This document shows, piece after piece, positions 13,086-26,200 of a stretch of DNA of 64,000 bases (positions within the stretch are counted from its first letter, which is position 1; each line of letters begins with the position of its first letter). Location of the stretch: contig BQFW01000009.1 in NCBI GenBank assembly GCA_020891255.1, positions 1,798,001-1,862,000 on the forward strand. The letters are read 5' to 3'. The stretch comes from Entomortierella parvispora E1425. Taxonomy: Eukaryota > Fungi > Mortierellomycota. The notes under the pieces are model-generated. The model was given only the letters and a program-made list of their open reading frames with translations, did no database searches and had not been told where the DNA came from. The translations under genes were made by a program, and so were the position numbers.

Positions 13086-16000
13086 ATGGCCCTCTCCGTC
13101 TCGGCCATCAAGCCCAAGAAGAAAAGATCTGCCGTCGTGCTTGGATGTGATCAATGCAGGCGTCGAAAGGTAAACGCCCTTTTCTTCCTTCCCTTCCCTT
13201 CCCTCCATTTCTCCCATCGTTTCCTTTCATTTTCATTGTCTTTGTTGCTTTCGTCTCCCCCACGCTACCGGCGATATTAAAGAGACAAGGGAATGAATGA
13301 AAAAAAGAAAAACATGGTAGCAAGCAAATCCCCAACTGTTTCTCCTCCTTTGATCCTTTCTACCTGACTCACCGCGGTTCAGTCAGTCTACCCAAAAAAC
13401 AAAAAAAAAGAGTTTTCTCCACTCGACTTGCCCTTCCTCTTTGGGTGTCCATGAGTGGCCTTGGACAACCCTTTGGGTGTCTCCGTTCCCTTTAACGCCC
13501 TCTTTATTTTATGCTCGTGTCCTTTTCTGGTCCGTTTCTTTTTTGTGCACTGCCAATGGTCTCTGACCCCAATCGAGCCAAAACTGCGCATCTGCTGTTC
13601 CCACCACCCGTGTCCAACCAAAGAGGCAAAACGACCTATTTTCACAGGAGCACCTCCATCGCATCCCCCTCACCCTCTCCTTCTCAAACGAGATCGACAC
13701 AATGCACAAACCCACACACTCTCTTTGTGAACCAAAAAGAAGAGAAAAAAAAAAAGAGAGAGACCTGGCTCTGCAACCAACCAAACCTGCGGGAATTGCC
13801 CTCGCCCTTTTAACCATGTTTCCATGCGTTGCTTCGAACCCTGCTCTCTTATGTTGGCTCTCTTTTGACAAATCGGCAAACAACATTGTCACTGCACAGA
13901 GGACACAATCACATCCACTGCAAACTCCCAGTGCCGATGCGCGACACCCTTTTTTTTTTTTTCTTTTTTTTCCAATTGCTCGACGCCGAGGCAGGGACCT
14001 TGACAAGGCGCAGATCAGACGGCTCTTGGATGGTGCAATGGCCGCCGTGTGTCCCTGGTTAAAGTTGCCGAGCTGGTCTAGTTTCATTTCCAATGGGGTG
14101 TTGGCCAGCACTGTTTTCTTCCCAGTCTTCTGGAAGCTCATCTGCTGCGGTGCAATTGGATTGGGACAGGGTGAACTGTGGGGTCGTGTACACACCATCA
14201 AAAAATATTTGCTCAATTGGCTCGGTGTGACAACATGCAAACATCGTTTCGCCAAGCGAGCAAGAGCGTGGCGTGGCGTGGCGTGGCGTGGCGTGGCAGC
14301 TGCCCACGGACAGTGGACCTGGCTTGGCATTCTTTTTTATTTTTTTATTTTTTTATTTTCCTATTTTTTATCATCTTTGGATCGCCTTGGCCTCCTTGGC
14401 CCTCCTTGGCCATGAGTCGAATTTCGCCCCTTCCTTCTGCTAGGACGTGGGTGGAGAGGGCAGCCAATAATGACGAGACATCCGAGGTTGCGCGATGCAA
14501 GCCGCAATCAGCAACGAACAGACAGCCAGTGAACGGAAAGCGCCCGTCGCAACCAACGGACCAGTCAACGGCCCAAATGAACTATCCCCGCTCCAGAGCT
14601 TATTTTTCTTTAATCATCTCGTTTTATCCTTCCTACTGGCCCACTGGATCTGACCTCTCGGCTTTCATCCCTTTGGATTGGAAACCCCGCTCTCTTGTCC
14701 CCTGTCTGTCTGTCTCTCTCGCTCTGCTGTCGCCTGTCGCCGAGAGTGAAAAGAGAAGCAGAAGATTCGCACGTCCCGGGTGGATCGACACAGCACCACT
14801 CCAGACAACTCCATTCGCTGTGATCTAACATTCTCCGTTCTTCTGCTCGTCTTTAGACAAAATGTGATCAGGCAAGGCCGACCTGTGGCCCCTGTCTCTA
14901 TGCAGGACTGATGGAATGCACTTTTCTCTTGGGCAAGACCCCTGCCTCAAAGCGCAAAAAGCCTCATTCAGAGGTCGAGATCCTCGAGGCACGGCTAGAA
15001 ACGATCGAGTCCAAATACACGGAGCGATTGAATCAAATGGAAAACCTGCTGAGCAAGGTCATGCCCGGTCAATCGGATCCATCCCAGCCAGAAGCAGGAT
15101 CATCATCGTCGTCTTCAGCGCCCTCCAAATCCTCCAAGATACGCCTTCAACCAGTGGATGGAATTACAATCAGCTCACCCATGGACGCGGACGATGGCTG
15201 GACAGACATGAACTCGCCCCAGGAACGGCAGCTTCGATATGACCAATGGGATCAAAATATTACCAGTCCAACTATGGTATGGATTTTCTCGTCTTTGTTC
15301 GCGGATCGAAAAAAAAAAAAAAAAAAAAATTGAGGAAATTGAGAACATTTCGAAAGAGAGTTGCGGAAAATTAACACTGGGGCTCCATGTCTCTCTGCTT
15401 CTTTGTTTGACGTAGACCATGGACACTACAAGGACGCCGACTATGAACAGCCTCTCTGTTGATCAGATCATGGGTTCAGGACCAGGGTCGGCGTCAGGGT
15501 CAGGACCAGGGTCAGGGCGACTGCCGTTCTTGAAAGAAGAGCCTGTCTCGGAGCCACTCTTTACGCCAGAGTTTCAGGTACAAATGGATCCGTCCCTCTT
15601 TCTACCCATACCGGATACGCCCTTCATACAACGATGACTAATATGAACCGCGTTCTTTGTTTCGTTTCCCGCAACAGTCAAGGATGGCCAAATCACCAGC
15701 ATCCTCCATAGCACCGTCTTTTACATCCACCGTGGATCACATGCAGGATGACAGCGAGGGCGACGACGAGGGTGATCTCGGAGAATTGGCATCCACACTG
15801 GACAAACTTCGACTTTTTGATGCGTCGGTCTATTTTGGAAAAGGATCCATGCTCTTCACGTCAACAGATCAAAATCAATTTTGGGACGAGGAAATCTCCT
15901 TTGATGTACATGATGTCCAGCATGCCAACATTCCTGCCGAGGCAACGACACTACCACCAGTGGAGGTGATTGATACCCTCTTTGACATCTACTACCGAGT

Positions 16001-18920
16001 AAGGCCACCTTTGCTGACCAAGCGATATTGTTTTTTGTTTGTTGGTTGGCAAAATAATTAACCATGGGGCGTTTTATACTTTTTTTCTGCTTCTTTTTTG
16101 TTGTTCCATTTTATTTTCCGGAAAATGTGGCTCTCATTTTCACTTTTCAGCATTACTATGTGTATCTGCCCATGATACAGAAAACGACGCTACTGCAGGC
16201 ACTGGAGGATCGGTTTGAGCCCCAGAGCATCTTTTTGTTGAACGCAGTCTTCATGGCAGCCTCGCTCACGGGCGAATGCACCTACGCCGGCTGTTTTACC
16301 AACCCAAACGACATCAAGACCTTGGGCACACCGTTTTTTGAACGAGCACGCATGGTTCTGGACTATTGTATCGGTATTCCTCGCCTTTCGACTGTTCAGG
16401 GCCTGGTGATGTTGTCACGGTACCCAAGGATATCTGGATTGGGTCATTCATACATGCAACAAGCCATCATGATGGCTCAGGATCTGGGATTGCATCGGAA
16501 ATGTGATCGGTGGATCAAGGACAAACAGATCCAGGAGGCCAGGATACGAATCTTTTGGTGTTTGTACGCGGCCGACAGCTCCTCTTCAAGTGTCACAGGA
16601 CGAAGACCCGTGTTTGATGATACAGAAGTGGATGTACCGATCATTACGACACCCACAGAGCCCACCAATGTCGAGGACGGATCGTTCCATACCCTATTCT
16701 TGATCCATACCTGCAAGCTCTGGCGGATATTCCGAAACATTAAGCGTTACGTCTTCAACGCGACGGAGGTTCAGGAGATGGCACCAGGCAGCTTACCCAA
16801 GAGCTATGAACAGCAGCTGATTCAGTGGCAATTGCAACTACCAGTCGCCCTGCGATTCAATTTTGAGATCAAGGCAGACGATCCCCGTGCTTTATGCAAT
16901 TCTCGTGCAGGTAAGAAAGAAATGAACCCCCTATTTTCTCCTATCCATGTGAGTAATGATGATGTTGAAGGAACTTTGCGGCTAATATTTTTTGTCATTT
17001 TTGATAGGCATCTCTCAAATGCTGTACGAGTCTGCGTTGATCCTGTTGCACAAACCCTACCTGACATCGTCCGAGCACCTGAAGCGATCCCCTTATCGGT
17101 CTCAGGATATCTGTATCAAGGCCGCGACCAAAATCACAGAGATTGCCAAAGTGTTGGCCCAGACCTTTTACAAGGCCTTTGAGTTGACGAGCGTGGGTGA
17201 ATATGCCATGTTGAACGCGGTCCGCATCCACGTCATGTTCTTAAAGTCGAGTGAGGTCAAGGTGGCAGAGCAGGCTCAAGTCCAGTTTGATTTCATCATG
17301 CGGTTCTTCAGAGAGTTTTACTCGTCCCCGAGGGCCAATTGCGACGAACAGAGCATCAACTGTGTGCTCTCGTTCTTTGAAGAGTTCATGCACACGGTCA
17401 AGGGATTGAGCAAATCGAGTGTTCACGTCTGTGCAGGAGCCATCAAAAGTCTGGCGCTGGCGAAACGGAATCGGTTGGCGAGTGGAAAGATCCCTCATGG
17501 AGCCAGTGGCGGAGCTGGAGGCAAGAATGTCAATGTCGGTCGACTGGTCAAGATTGGCAAACAGGAGCGAGCCAAGGCCAGGAGTCAGTCGATCACCTCT
17601 CCTTCGCCGTCCTTGCAAAGGAAGCGTCATTCACATATTCAACACGAGGTTCAACAGCGTCTGAATCCAGGCCAGATTTTGCAGCATCAACACTTTCAGC
17701 AACAGCAGCAGCAAAATCCGTTCCAGACCAGACAGGGATCTACCTCTTCTGCTGGCGGAGGAAATGATGCGACCTATTTCAACCCTGGAAAGTTCCAAAA
17801 GGTGTCGCAGTTCATGGGACCTTTTGGAGGGCCTCAGGTGATGGAAAGTTTGCAGCAGTTCCAGACATCGAATGCAATCTTGAGTCAACCCACCCAACAG
17901 CAACAACAACAACAACACTTGCAGCAAGGGTCCACTGGAGGTACGACGACAGCGACGACAGCAGCGACGGCCTCTGCTTCTACCAGCACGAGTCCGATGG
18001 CTGCGAATAATACCACGCACATGTTGTCGTCGACGGGTCAGATCCTTTCGTCTCCTTTCGGTGGACAGGGTCAACAAAATCAGCCAATGACGTTGACCAT
18101 GCAACAGCTGATGCAACAACAGATCCAGCAACACCAGCAGCAACAACAACAACACCAGCAACAGCAACAGCAAACACAACAGCCGCAGCAACACCTCTTT
18201 AATACTCAGATCGGACAGCCGATTGGGCTCTACGATACATTCAATCCGACCTTCTGGACCGACAGCGCCAATACCAGTTTCTTGACAGACCCGACCCTGA
18301 CCAGCGGTGCCATGGGAACGACGACCTCTGCCACGACAACCGCCGCGACTGTGAATGCCACCACCTCGACTTTGAACAACAGCAGCAACAACAACATCAC
18401 CACTACCAGCACCAACAGTAATAATAATATGTTTGCGAACGGGTTCATGAACTCGACCTTGTACAATACCACCTCTGGGAACTTTGGAACCCCACAACAG
18501 CAACCACAGTCGCCTTTTCAACAACCTGACCAACAGCAGCAGCAGCAGCAACCAGAGACTTCGAGCGCTGGGGTCGTCGATCCCTCCGGACTGTTTCTGA
18601 CGTCGCTCAAGAAGGAACCCATGGACTCTACAAACAACGGTTTCATGATGACCTCTCCCGGACTGTTGGACGAGGAACTGAATGCAGATCAGGTCCAGGC
18701 CCTATTGGAACAGACCTTAGCCGCGGCCAACAATACCCGACAACAGCAGCCCGCGTTCTCGTTCCAACAACAAACCTTTAATCAACCGTTCCAGAATCAA
18801 CAGCAGCAGCAACAGCAGCAACAGTTCCGCCAGCAGCAGCAGCAGCAGCAGCAGCAATTGGAGCTGAGTGGCATGCAGGAAGAGTTTCATGCTTCGAATA
18901 ATTGGCCTGGCATGATGTAG
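13086..18920 (+). CDS. Zn(II)2Cys6 (Gal4-type) transcription factor with fungal-specific middle homology domain and Gln-rich C-terminus
   Basis: Exon 13086-13169 (GCDQCRRRK) splices over intron 13170-14856 to TKCDQARPTCGPCLYAGLMEC, restoring all six cysteines. Fungal_trans motifs: RLSTVQGLVMLS, AQDLGLHR, RIRIFWCLYAAD. PolyQ tracts; TAG at 18918-18920. Confidence 0.9.
14266..14295. repeat. (GCGTG)6 pentanucleotide repeat in the long TF intron
   Basis: Six perfect tandem copies. Confidence 0.9.
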
Positions 18921-19164
18921 ATTTTTTTTTTTTTTGGACAGACCAGCAAAAAAACATAGACCTTCTTTGGAAAAAAAAAAATAAAACCACCCTTCCCCGT
19001 CTTGCATTGACTCATCTCTCGCACTCTTGCGCCTGCTTTCGTCAAGGATCCTCTTCGTTCTTGGCGTCTTTGGGCTCAAACAGAATATTATTATATTAAG
19101 GGGGATTTTATTACTAGAGGGTAAAGAGTTGGCGGATGCATCGCCAATGGGGGTTTGAAATGCT

Positions 19165-22100
19165 TTACAGACCATCCTTGACGTCGGTATGCTCGTCTGC
19201 GAAACGCTCGGCATCCTTGATACCCTTCTCGACATCGACCCACCAGATAATAAAGATGGGGATGACCATCATCACCATGGGGAAGACGAATCCCCAGCGG
19301 GTGTCGTTATATTCAATGATGGCTCCGGTGATCAGGGGTCCCAACCAAGACGAAGACTTGTCAGTGATACCATAGAGAGAGAAGAACTCGGATTCCTTTC
19401 CCTTGGGCAACAAGCAAGCGTATAAAACACGAGAGAACGATTGGGAGGCTCCCAACATGAGTCCAAAGTAGATAAGAAGCTAGAAGAATAAAAGAAAAAC
19501 AAATGAATGAAGAGATTAGCCAAAACGTCTTCAAAGTCCAACGGGCTCATATCCTCCACCACAAAAACTTACAGGCCAGATCTCGACTCTGTACACCAAT
19601 CCAAAGACGCCCGAGAAACCGATCAAAACATAGACGGGCACCAAGGCAAAGAAAAAGGAGATGGCCAACAGAGTGTTTTGGGAGGTCAACTGCAACTTGC
19701 GCTGGATGAACAACCACATGTAGGTACCGATCAGGGCCGAGAAGGGCACAAGGATGGCTCCAATCATCAACTCTGTGTTGTTGAGCAAGAACTTTTTCTT
19801 GCCCATGAAGATTGCCAAAGAGATGATGGTCGAACTGCCGTCAGAGACGATGAACCATGAGATCAAGTACTTGAAGGTCTCCTTGAGTGACTTTGCTTCA
19901 CGGAGGGTCTTGCCCACTAATAACAAGAAAAAGCAACAACTCGTCAATTGGCTGACATGACGCGAGACGCTCTAGGTACGTTCGTAGCAACATTGGGCAA
20001 GAAGACTTACAGCGAATCCAAGAGTAAAAGAACAAGTTGACGTTTCCAGAAAGGGGAGTGCCGGGTTGAGCAGGCATGTACTTCATGGTGATGAAAGAGA
20101 CGCAGAACCACCAAAGGCCAGTGAGGGCCATACCGATCTGCATAGAGTAGGTGGACTGTCCCATTGCCAACGCAATGCCGGCAGCAATGATCAACAATGT
20201 CACTCCAGCTCCGTATCCGACAGCCATTGAATGAGAAGACAACGTGTTGGAGATCTTATCCTTGATAAACTGGTAATCTGCCCAGGTCTCGAGTCCCTTG
20301 TTGACGTTACGGCGCACATCCACCACATCGGCATGGTCACGAGCCAAAGTTGGGATAAAGGCATAGTAAAGAACCCAACTGGCTCCAAAAGCCACGTTGG
20401 AGATGATCACCAACACCCCTGCCAACCAGTACAAGCCTATTCAAGAAAGTAGTAACATCATAGTCAGCTGTCTGTGGACGCCAGCCGGTACAACGGTCGC
20501 ATGCCCGAACGGTCGAATGATCTTACTGTTGGAACGGATGGCAGCAAAGAGAATGGTGGCAATGGAGCCGATAAATGAGAAGGTCAACAGGAATGTCTTG
20601 CGGCGTGCTATCAAAAAAAAAAAAAAAAAAAGGTAAATATTCCTGTTCTCTTGTTTGTCTCGTCTGCCTAGCTCCATTGCGCGTAGAAACCCCTATCCTT
20701 CCACGTACTTCCGTGATCAGCCAAGGCTCCCATGCTGATGAAGACAAACGCCTGCAAAAAGACCGAGACAGAGATACAGTATAGCGAGAACGATGCAGTA
20801 TCGAGCCACAAGCCTCCAACTTTCACTTCACACTATCGCCATGAAAAAAAAAAAGTTGAAAGGTGGTTAGAAGATTGAAATGAAGAGAGGGACATCCATC
20901 ACAGGTCGTCTTGCTGCTGTCTTTTTCCTACCTTGTAATTGGCAATGCTCTATCCGGGTCATGATCAATTGAGAAAAAGAGTGAGTACCGAAGCGTTAAG
21001 TTCTGTGCTTATTTTTTGGTCATTATTGTCTCCCGGGAAAGACAAGGAACAATTCGTCCTTTGTGTCCTTTGTGCAACCCCCCCACACCCTTTAGGTTCA
21101 AGATGTTTTTTTGGCAGGTCTGTTGTCCGTCACTTTTCTCTTGTTTGTAGAGAGCAATCTGTGCGACCGATGCACGTGGGGTCAATCCAGAAGCAAAGAC
21201 GGGCAAAAAGTGAAGAGAAAACAGGGTAAACTGAAGATGGAGAGGCTTACCGTGTCGCAAGGAACAGTGTGGTCCTCAGTCTGGTAGCCATATCCACTGG
21301 AGAGAGACTCGAGCACAATGGGGGCCAGGGCTGAGATGCAGACAACAGAGTAGGGCTCGGCCTGTGTTTGATGTCAACAAGAGGTTGTTCGGGTTAGACT
21401 TTTTTAGAGTTGCTTTGTTGATTGCTGTATGTCTGTATTCTTTCAGAGCAATGGTCCGCAAGACGAAACAAAACAATTGGAGGGGCAGCCTCAAGGTCAA
21501 GCAGGACTACTTACAGCAACAGCGTATGCGAGCCTGTGGAGAGAGAGAGACGGGGTGTGGAGGAGGTGGAGCGGAGGACAGAGCCGTTTTGATTGCAATA
21601 AAAAGATTCGATTGTCACGCGCAGACAGACACCAAAGCAAGACAGAGAGAGAGAGAGAGCGAAAAAAGAGTTCTTTTGTTAGGAGAGTGTAGAAAGTCAA
21701 GAGAGCAGCGCAACTGGCCTTTGTCTGGACGGGCAGCAAAAGACTCTAGGAGAGACCGTTTCTCTCTCCATCCCCTTTTTCTCCCTTTGCTCCCAATCTC
21801 CACTCGTTGTGTTCTGGATGCCCAGTGCCTCTGAGCACATGTACATGGGCAGACACATATACCCCTGGAGGGTACCAATTTGTCACCCATTGGCTCTAAA
21901 AGTGGAGAGATCAGAGGATGATGGGAGAACGGACGGAGCTCCCAAGTGGACGGGCGTGTGGAGAGCAGATTTGTCCTGTCCAGTGGGGTTCCGATCTGGC
22001 CCTGCTGGGGGAGATCAGATCAAGGTTCTGGGTTCAGAGCCAGGAAGGAAGGCGGTTCAGGAACTGGGCCCGCCTGCAGGGCGGAACAGGAACACGAGCA

Positions 22101-22364
22101 CAACGGGCGGTGGAGGAGGGGATTGAAAACAAGAAGGGGAAAGAGTTCATGCTGTCCCCAAAAAAATCCGCGAAGGCAGACACTGGGCTGGTTCATGGGG
22201 AAACAAGAAAGGGCGAAGAGTGAGATACCGTACCAGCCTTGGATCTCGCGTTTGGTGAGGACCTTGTCGTCCTGGTTGGCAGGCGAATCACCGGCGTCGC
22301 CTTGGTTGAAGGCGTTGCGCTCGAGGTCGGCCTTTTGGCTCAACTCGAACTCGGTGTTGGACAT
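19165..22364 (-). CDS. ATG22: Atg22-like vacuolar amino-acid efflux MFS transporter
   Basis: Spliced KREIQGW|LAYAVA|AEPYSVV...CDT|SIANYK|CEVKVGGLWLDTASFSLYCISVSVFLQAFVFISMGALADHG|TRRKTFLL. Further motifs: SNVAFGASWVLYYAFIP, LISWFIVSDG, EFFSLYGITDKSSSWLGP. TAA at 19165-19167. Confidence 0.9.
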
Positions 22365-23203
22365 TGCGCGTGTGAGTCTGCAGTTGTCAATGAGGACGGG
22401 GAGATGGATTCAGCGGAATGAGATGCAAGGAGGGAGTGGGTCGGGTCCTTCGATGCGAACAAAGGGAAGGAGGATGAGAGGGAGGGGGAGGGGGAAGGAC
22501 CAAGGACCAATGAAGAGAAGGAGGGGATGGGGAAGGAGGGAGAGGAATCAGCCAAAGAGAAGAAAGAAAAAAAGAAAAAAAGGCACAGCGGGCACCTAAA
22601 ATGCAATAAAGAACAGAGAGTCGCTCCCCTTCCGTGCCTGTCTTCTCTTCCGCCTGCCTGCTTGCCTGCCCTGTCTGTGCTGACAGACCCATCCAATCAC
22701 ACGGCCCTGATCGTCCCTCGTGTGGTTGCCACCAGCTGGGGCCATGCTGTTTGTTGCATGTGCCTGTCCGCCCATTTCTTCTTTTCTTTGTTCTGCCCAG
22801 TCATCTCTGCCGACAGCTCTTCCTCCTTTCCCAGGGAACGTCTCATTATTATTTCAGTCCTTCAGTCTTAAAAATACACTCGTCAGATTTTTATTCTACA
22901 ATGGGCGTATGCTGGGAATGAGGAGGGCCAAGGACTGACTGTCTTCGGCGTGCGGCGTGCGTGGGATGACAATGGTGGTTAGTTGCAATGCAGATGTTTT
23001 TTTTTTCTTTTTTCTTTCTTTGGCACCGACCACTTGTGTGTGCGTCGGTGAAATGTGTTGTTTGTGATCCTGGCACAAGTATATGTACAAGAAGCAAAAG
23101 GTCTTCGTTGACCATTCAAAGGATCTCGTCTCGGGGACCGGATCGTCCCCATTTGGGGTGCCTGGGCAGGTGGACAGATGGACTTTGAGAATAAGTTTGG
23201 CCC

Positions 23204-26200
23204 CTAATCGCTCTCGCAAGTTTCTGCAAGCTCCCTCAGTCGGTCTTCTTTGAGAACTCGAAGGAGGTAGCATTTCGAATACAGTGTTGGATCGACGGTA
23301 AACGTGTACTTGCGGGGTCGTCGTTGGAAGGCTATGAACCACTTGATCGTCTTTGCAATCAACTGAAACTTGTAAAGATGGACCAGAAGAGTTCCTGTTG
23401 AGAGCAGATCGGGTAGATCCTGGGGTTCTGGAGCCACCAAAGAAACAGCCTCGTTGGCGCGGCTTTGTTGCTCCGGCGATGGGTCATTCTCGGCTCCGCT
23501 GGCGATATTATCGTCGACTTTTGCTTTTTGACTGGTAGACGAAGGTGCCAAGTACCAAGAGGGCGAAACTGCAATATGGGTCAAGTCAAAGACAAAGAGT
23601 CCCAGGAACGGAATACAACCCTGCTGATCAAAGGGAACCTGATTCTGCAGATACTTGCTGTGGCTAGCCTCGGATTCTCCCAGTCCAATGTCGGAACTTG
23701 CGGTCACTCCGTTCGGAGAGACGCCCGCCCCAGTATCCAGAGGCGCTTGGTGGTTGAACCGCTGTGCTCGCTCGACCTCGGGCTCGTTTTGGTTTACCTG
23801 ATTCATTGCCCTTCGAAGCACGTTCCAGTTACTGCAGGGGGATATAAACTCTTGAAGATCCTGCAAGACATGCATCTCGTAGCCTCCTACGCGAGACCAT
23901 GTTCGACGTAGACCGCACAGCTGCGAAGATCCCAGGCCCATGACCAATTGGATCAGAGAATTGAAGTTGCGATATTGATAACATTTCTACAGCAGCGCCA
24001 TGATAAAGAGGATCGAAAGCGACAGAGTCAAAAAAGCTGGCAACAAAGGAATTGGTGGGACAACCTCGCAACCTCTCGCAACCTCGCCACTTACCTGTGC
24101 GATTCTGATAAACTTCTCAATGACGCGCACTCGATCCTCAATTGGCTGCGTACTGACAACCTCTGAGGCAACCCACATACAGAGCTAATGGCGTAACCAA
24201 GGGACAACGATACGGAGTCGTTAGTCTTCATGTCATCGCATGTATCAAAACACTGTGGCAAAACATCGTGGCAAAGCACCTACTTTGTTACTCCTCTCGT
24301 TACTAGCATCCATGCCGCTCTGCTTTCGATCGCTCTTGAACAGGTATCCGCTGATAGAGGACTGGCTCTTACTTCTTTTCTTGCGCCCAGCCTTTGACAG
24401 CTCCAACTCCAGTAGCTCTTCCCACTGAATTTGCTCCAAATAGTGTTGTTCAAGTAGGCACAACTGCTGCGCGATTGTCTGCGACCGATAAAAAAGAATG
24501 AATGGCTTGTAAGGTAGAGCCACCGCGGAGTAGTGCTCATGATCACCGTGAGTTGATGGACTAGCGGGCCAAGCTGGTGATGGCGGGACAGAATTTGGAA
24601 GAGAGGGCACTATTGGGTAAGGCTCCTGGTTCAGAAACTCGTGTACAGAAACCTTGCTCTCAAGGCTATTGTAGGTGGAGTCTCCACTGACCCTGTTGGA
24701 ATTGATAGCCTGGTCGATACTTTGAATCGATTCCATACAGGCCACATGAAAGGGACAGTCGGGATTGGGGTGAAATCCCACAGAGTTGCTGGAGTTTGTC
24801 CGCGAGTGACGACTGCTCAGGGTGGAAAACTGGGCTCGAGTGGGTGATCGACTGGAGAGGGGCCCTTGTCCAGTGACGGGGCAAGAGCTGGTGTTGCTGC
24901 CAAGAGTAAGAGATGATTTTAACCGCTTGATGGATCTATTTGACGGCTGGCCGATAGCTGAAGAGGTATCCGGAGAAGACACACCTGATCCAACGGCGGA
25001 TGATCTCAGGATCGGATAACTCCTTGTCGTGTTAAGAGCGTGGTGATCCGCAATTCCTGTAAATGTCGGGGTCCAGCAAACACACTGGCGAAACTCGCTC
25101 TTCATTTGCAAACTTGTTGGATGCACAAACTGCTGAAAGATATCCTCGCTCTTCTGTCGAAGCTTGTGGATGCTCTGTGTCATCTTGGTTGACCAAGTGG
25201 AACTCCTGGCCGACTTGATAGAGGCCCCAGACAGTCGGCGTTCTCGCTCCGCGTACATACTGTTATCGCTTGTTTGTCTGGACACGATTTGCACCCGAAC
25301 CTCTTTTCCCTTTGTCGATCTCGAAGTCTATATAGCCATAGCAATTAGAGTGAGTCCCGTTTTCCTTCAACATTCATATCTCTTCACTTCAAAACGGTCA
25401 GTTTGGTTGGTTTGCGCTTACTGTTTGTGTTCCATCGTCAGTTGGAGTCACAATGCCCAAGGGGCCTCCTGCAAGGGTGGTGGCCCTCGTTCTTGCCTTG
25501 GGCGGCAATGAAGAAGGAATAGAGTCAGAGATATCGCTCTTTGTTGTCTTCACCGCTGAAGATGATTCATTATCGCGCCAGGCTTTTGAAACATCTACTG
25601 GGACTTCGCTGGCTTGACCTTGAAATGGCTGGAATGGATGCACGTCATCATTTGGTCCTGGCCCTGCTGGACTTGACCCATCTTTACCTATAGGGCCAGA
25701 TCGGGACTTTGCCGCCTGCTCTGCAGCAAAGCTCTCCTCAGCTAGAGCCTTGTAGTGTCGCCTTTGTTGTTTAAAAAAGTCCATGAGGTTTCGAATGATA
25801 CGTGAATCCCTTGCAGAGGTTTGAACCTTGTGATTGAACCGCATTTGGTTTAGGAAGGAAGCCATTTGGAAACGCAATGACTTTGAGGTGAGAAAGTCAT
25901 CCTCAAAGTGATTATTGATCCAGTGGCGAAACACGACAAACGTCCTATATAGCAGGAAAGTCATGGAAACGTCGGTCAGAATTGCGAACTGACATCTGCT
26001 ATGATATCCTCTCACTATGACTTACCGAACGCGAACGACACATCGGGATTCTGTGTCGAGTTCTAAAGCCCAAAGGTATCGTTGAATCAGGTACTTGCAA
26101 AGCTGCACTGGCGACATGAAGAGCCGATAGGTCAAAAAAAAATCGGTAATAAAGCCAGAGTCTATGCATCAAAGAATATCAGTGCCAAGATAAGGTGAGT

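Noticed and set aside
14178-14828. 216-aa ORF inside the long TF intron as a nested gene or alternative exon
   Set aside because: It has no recognisable domain, is partly made of repeat and poly-T translation, and provides no CxxC to replace exon 1.
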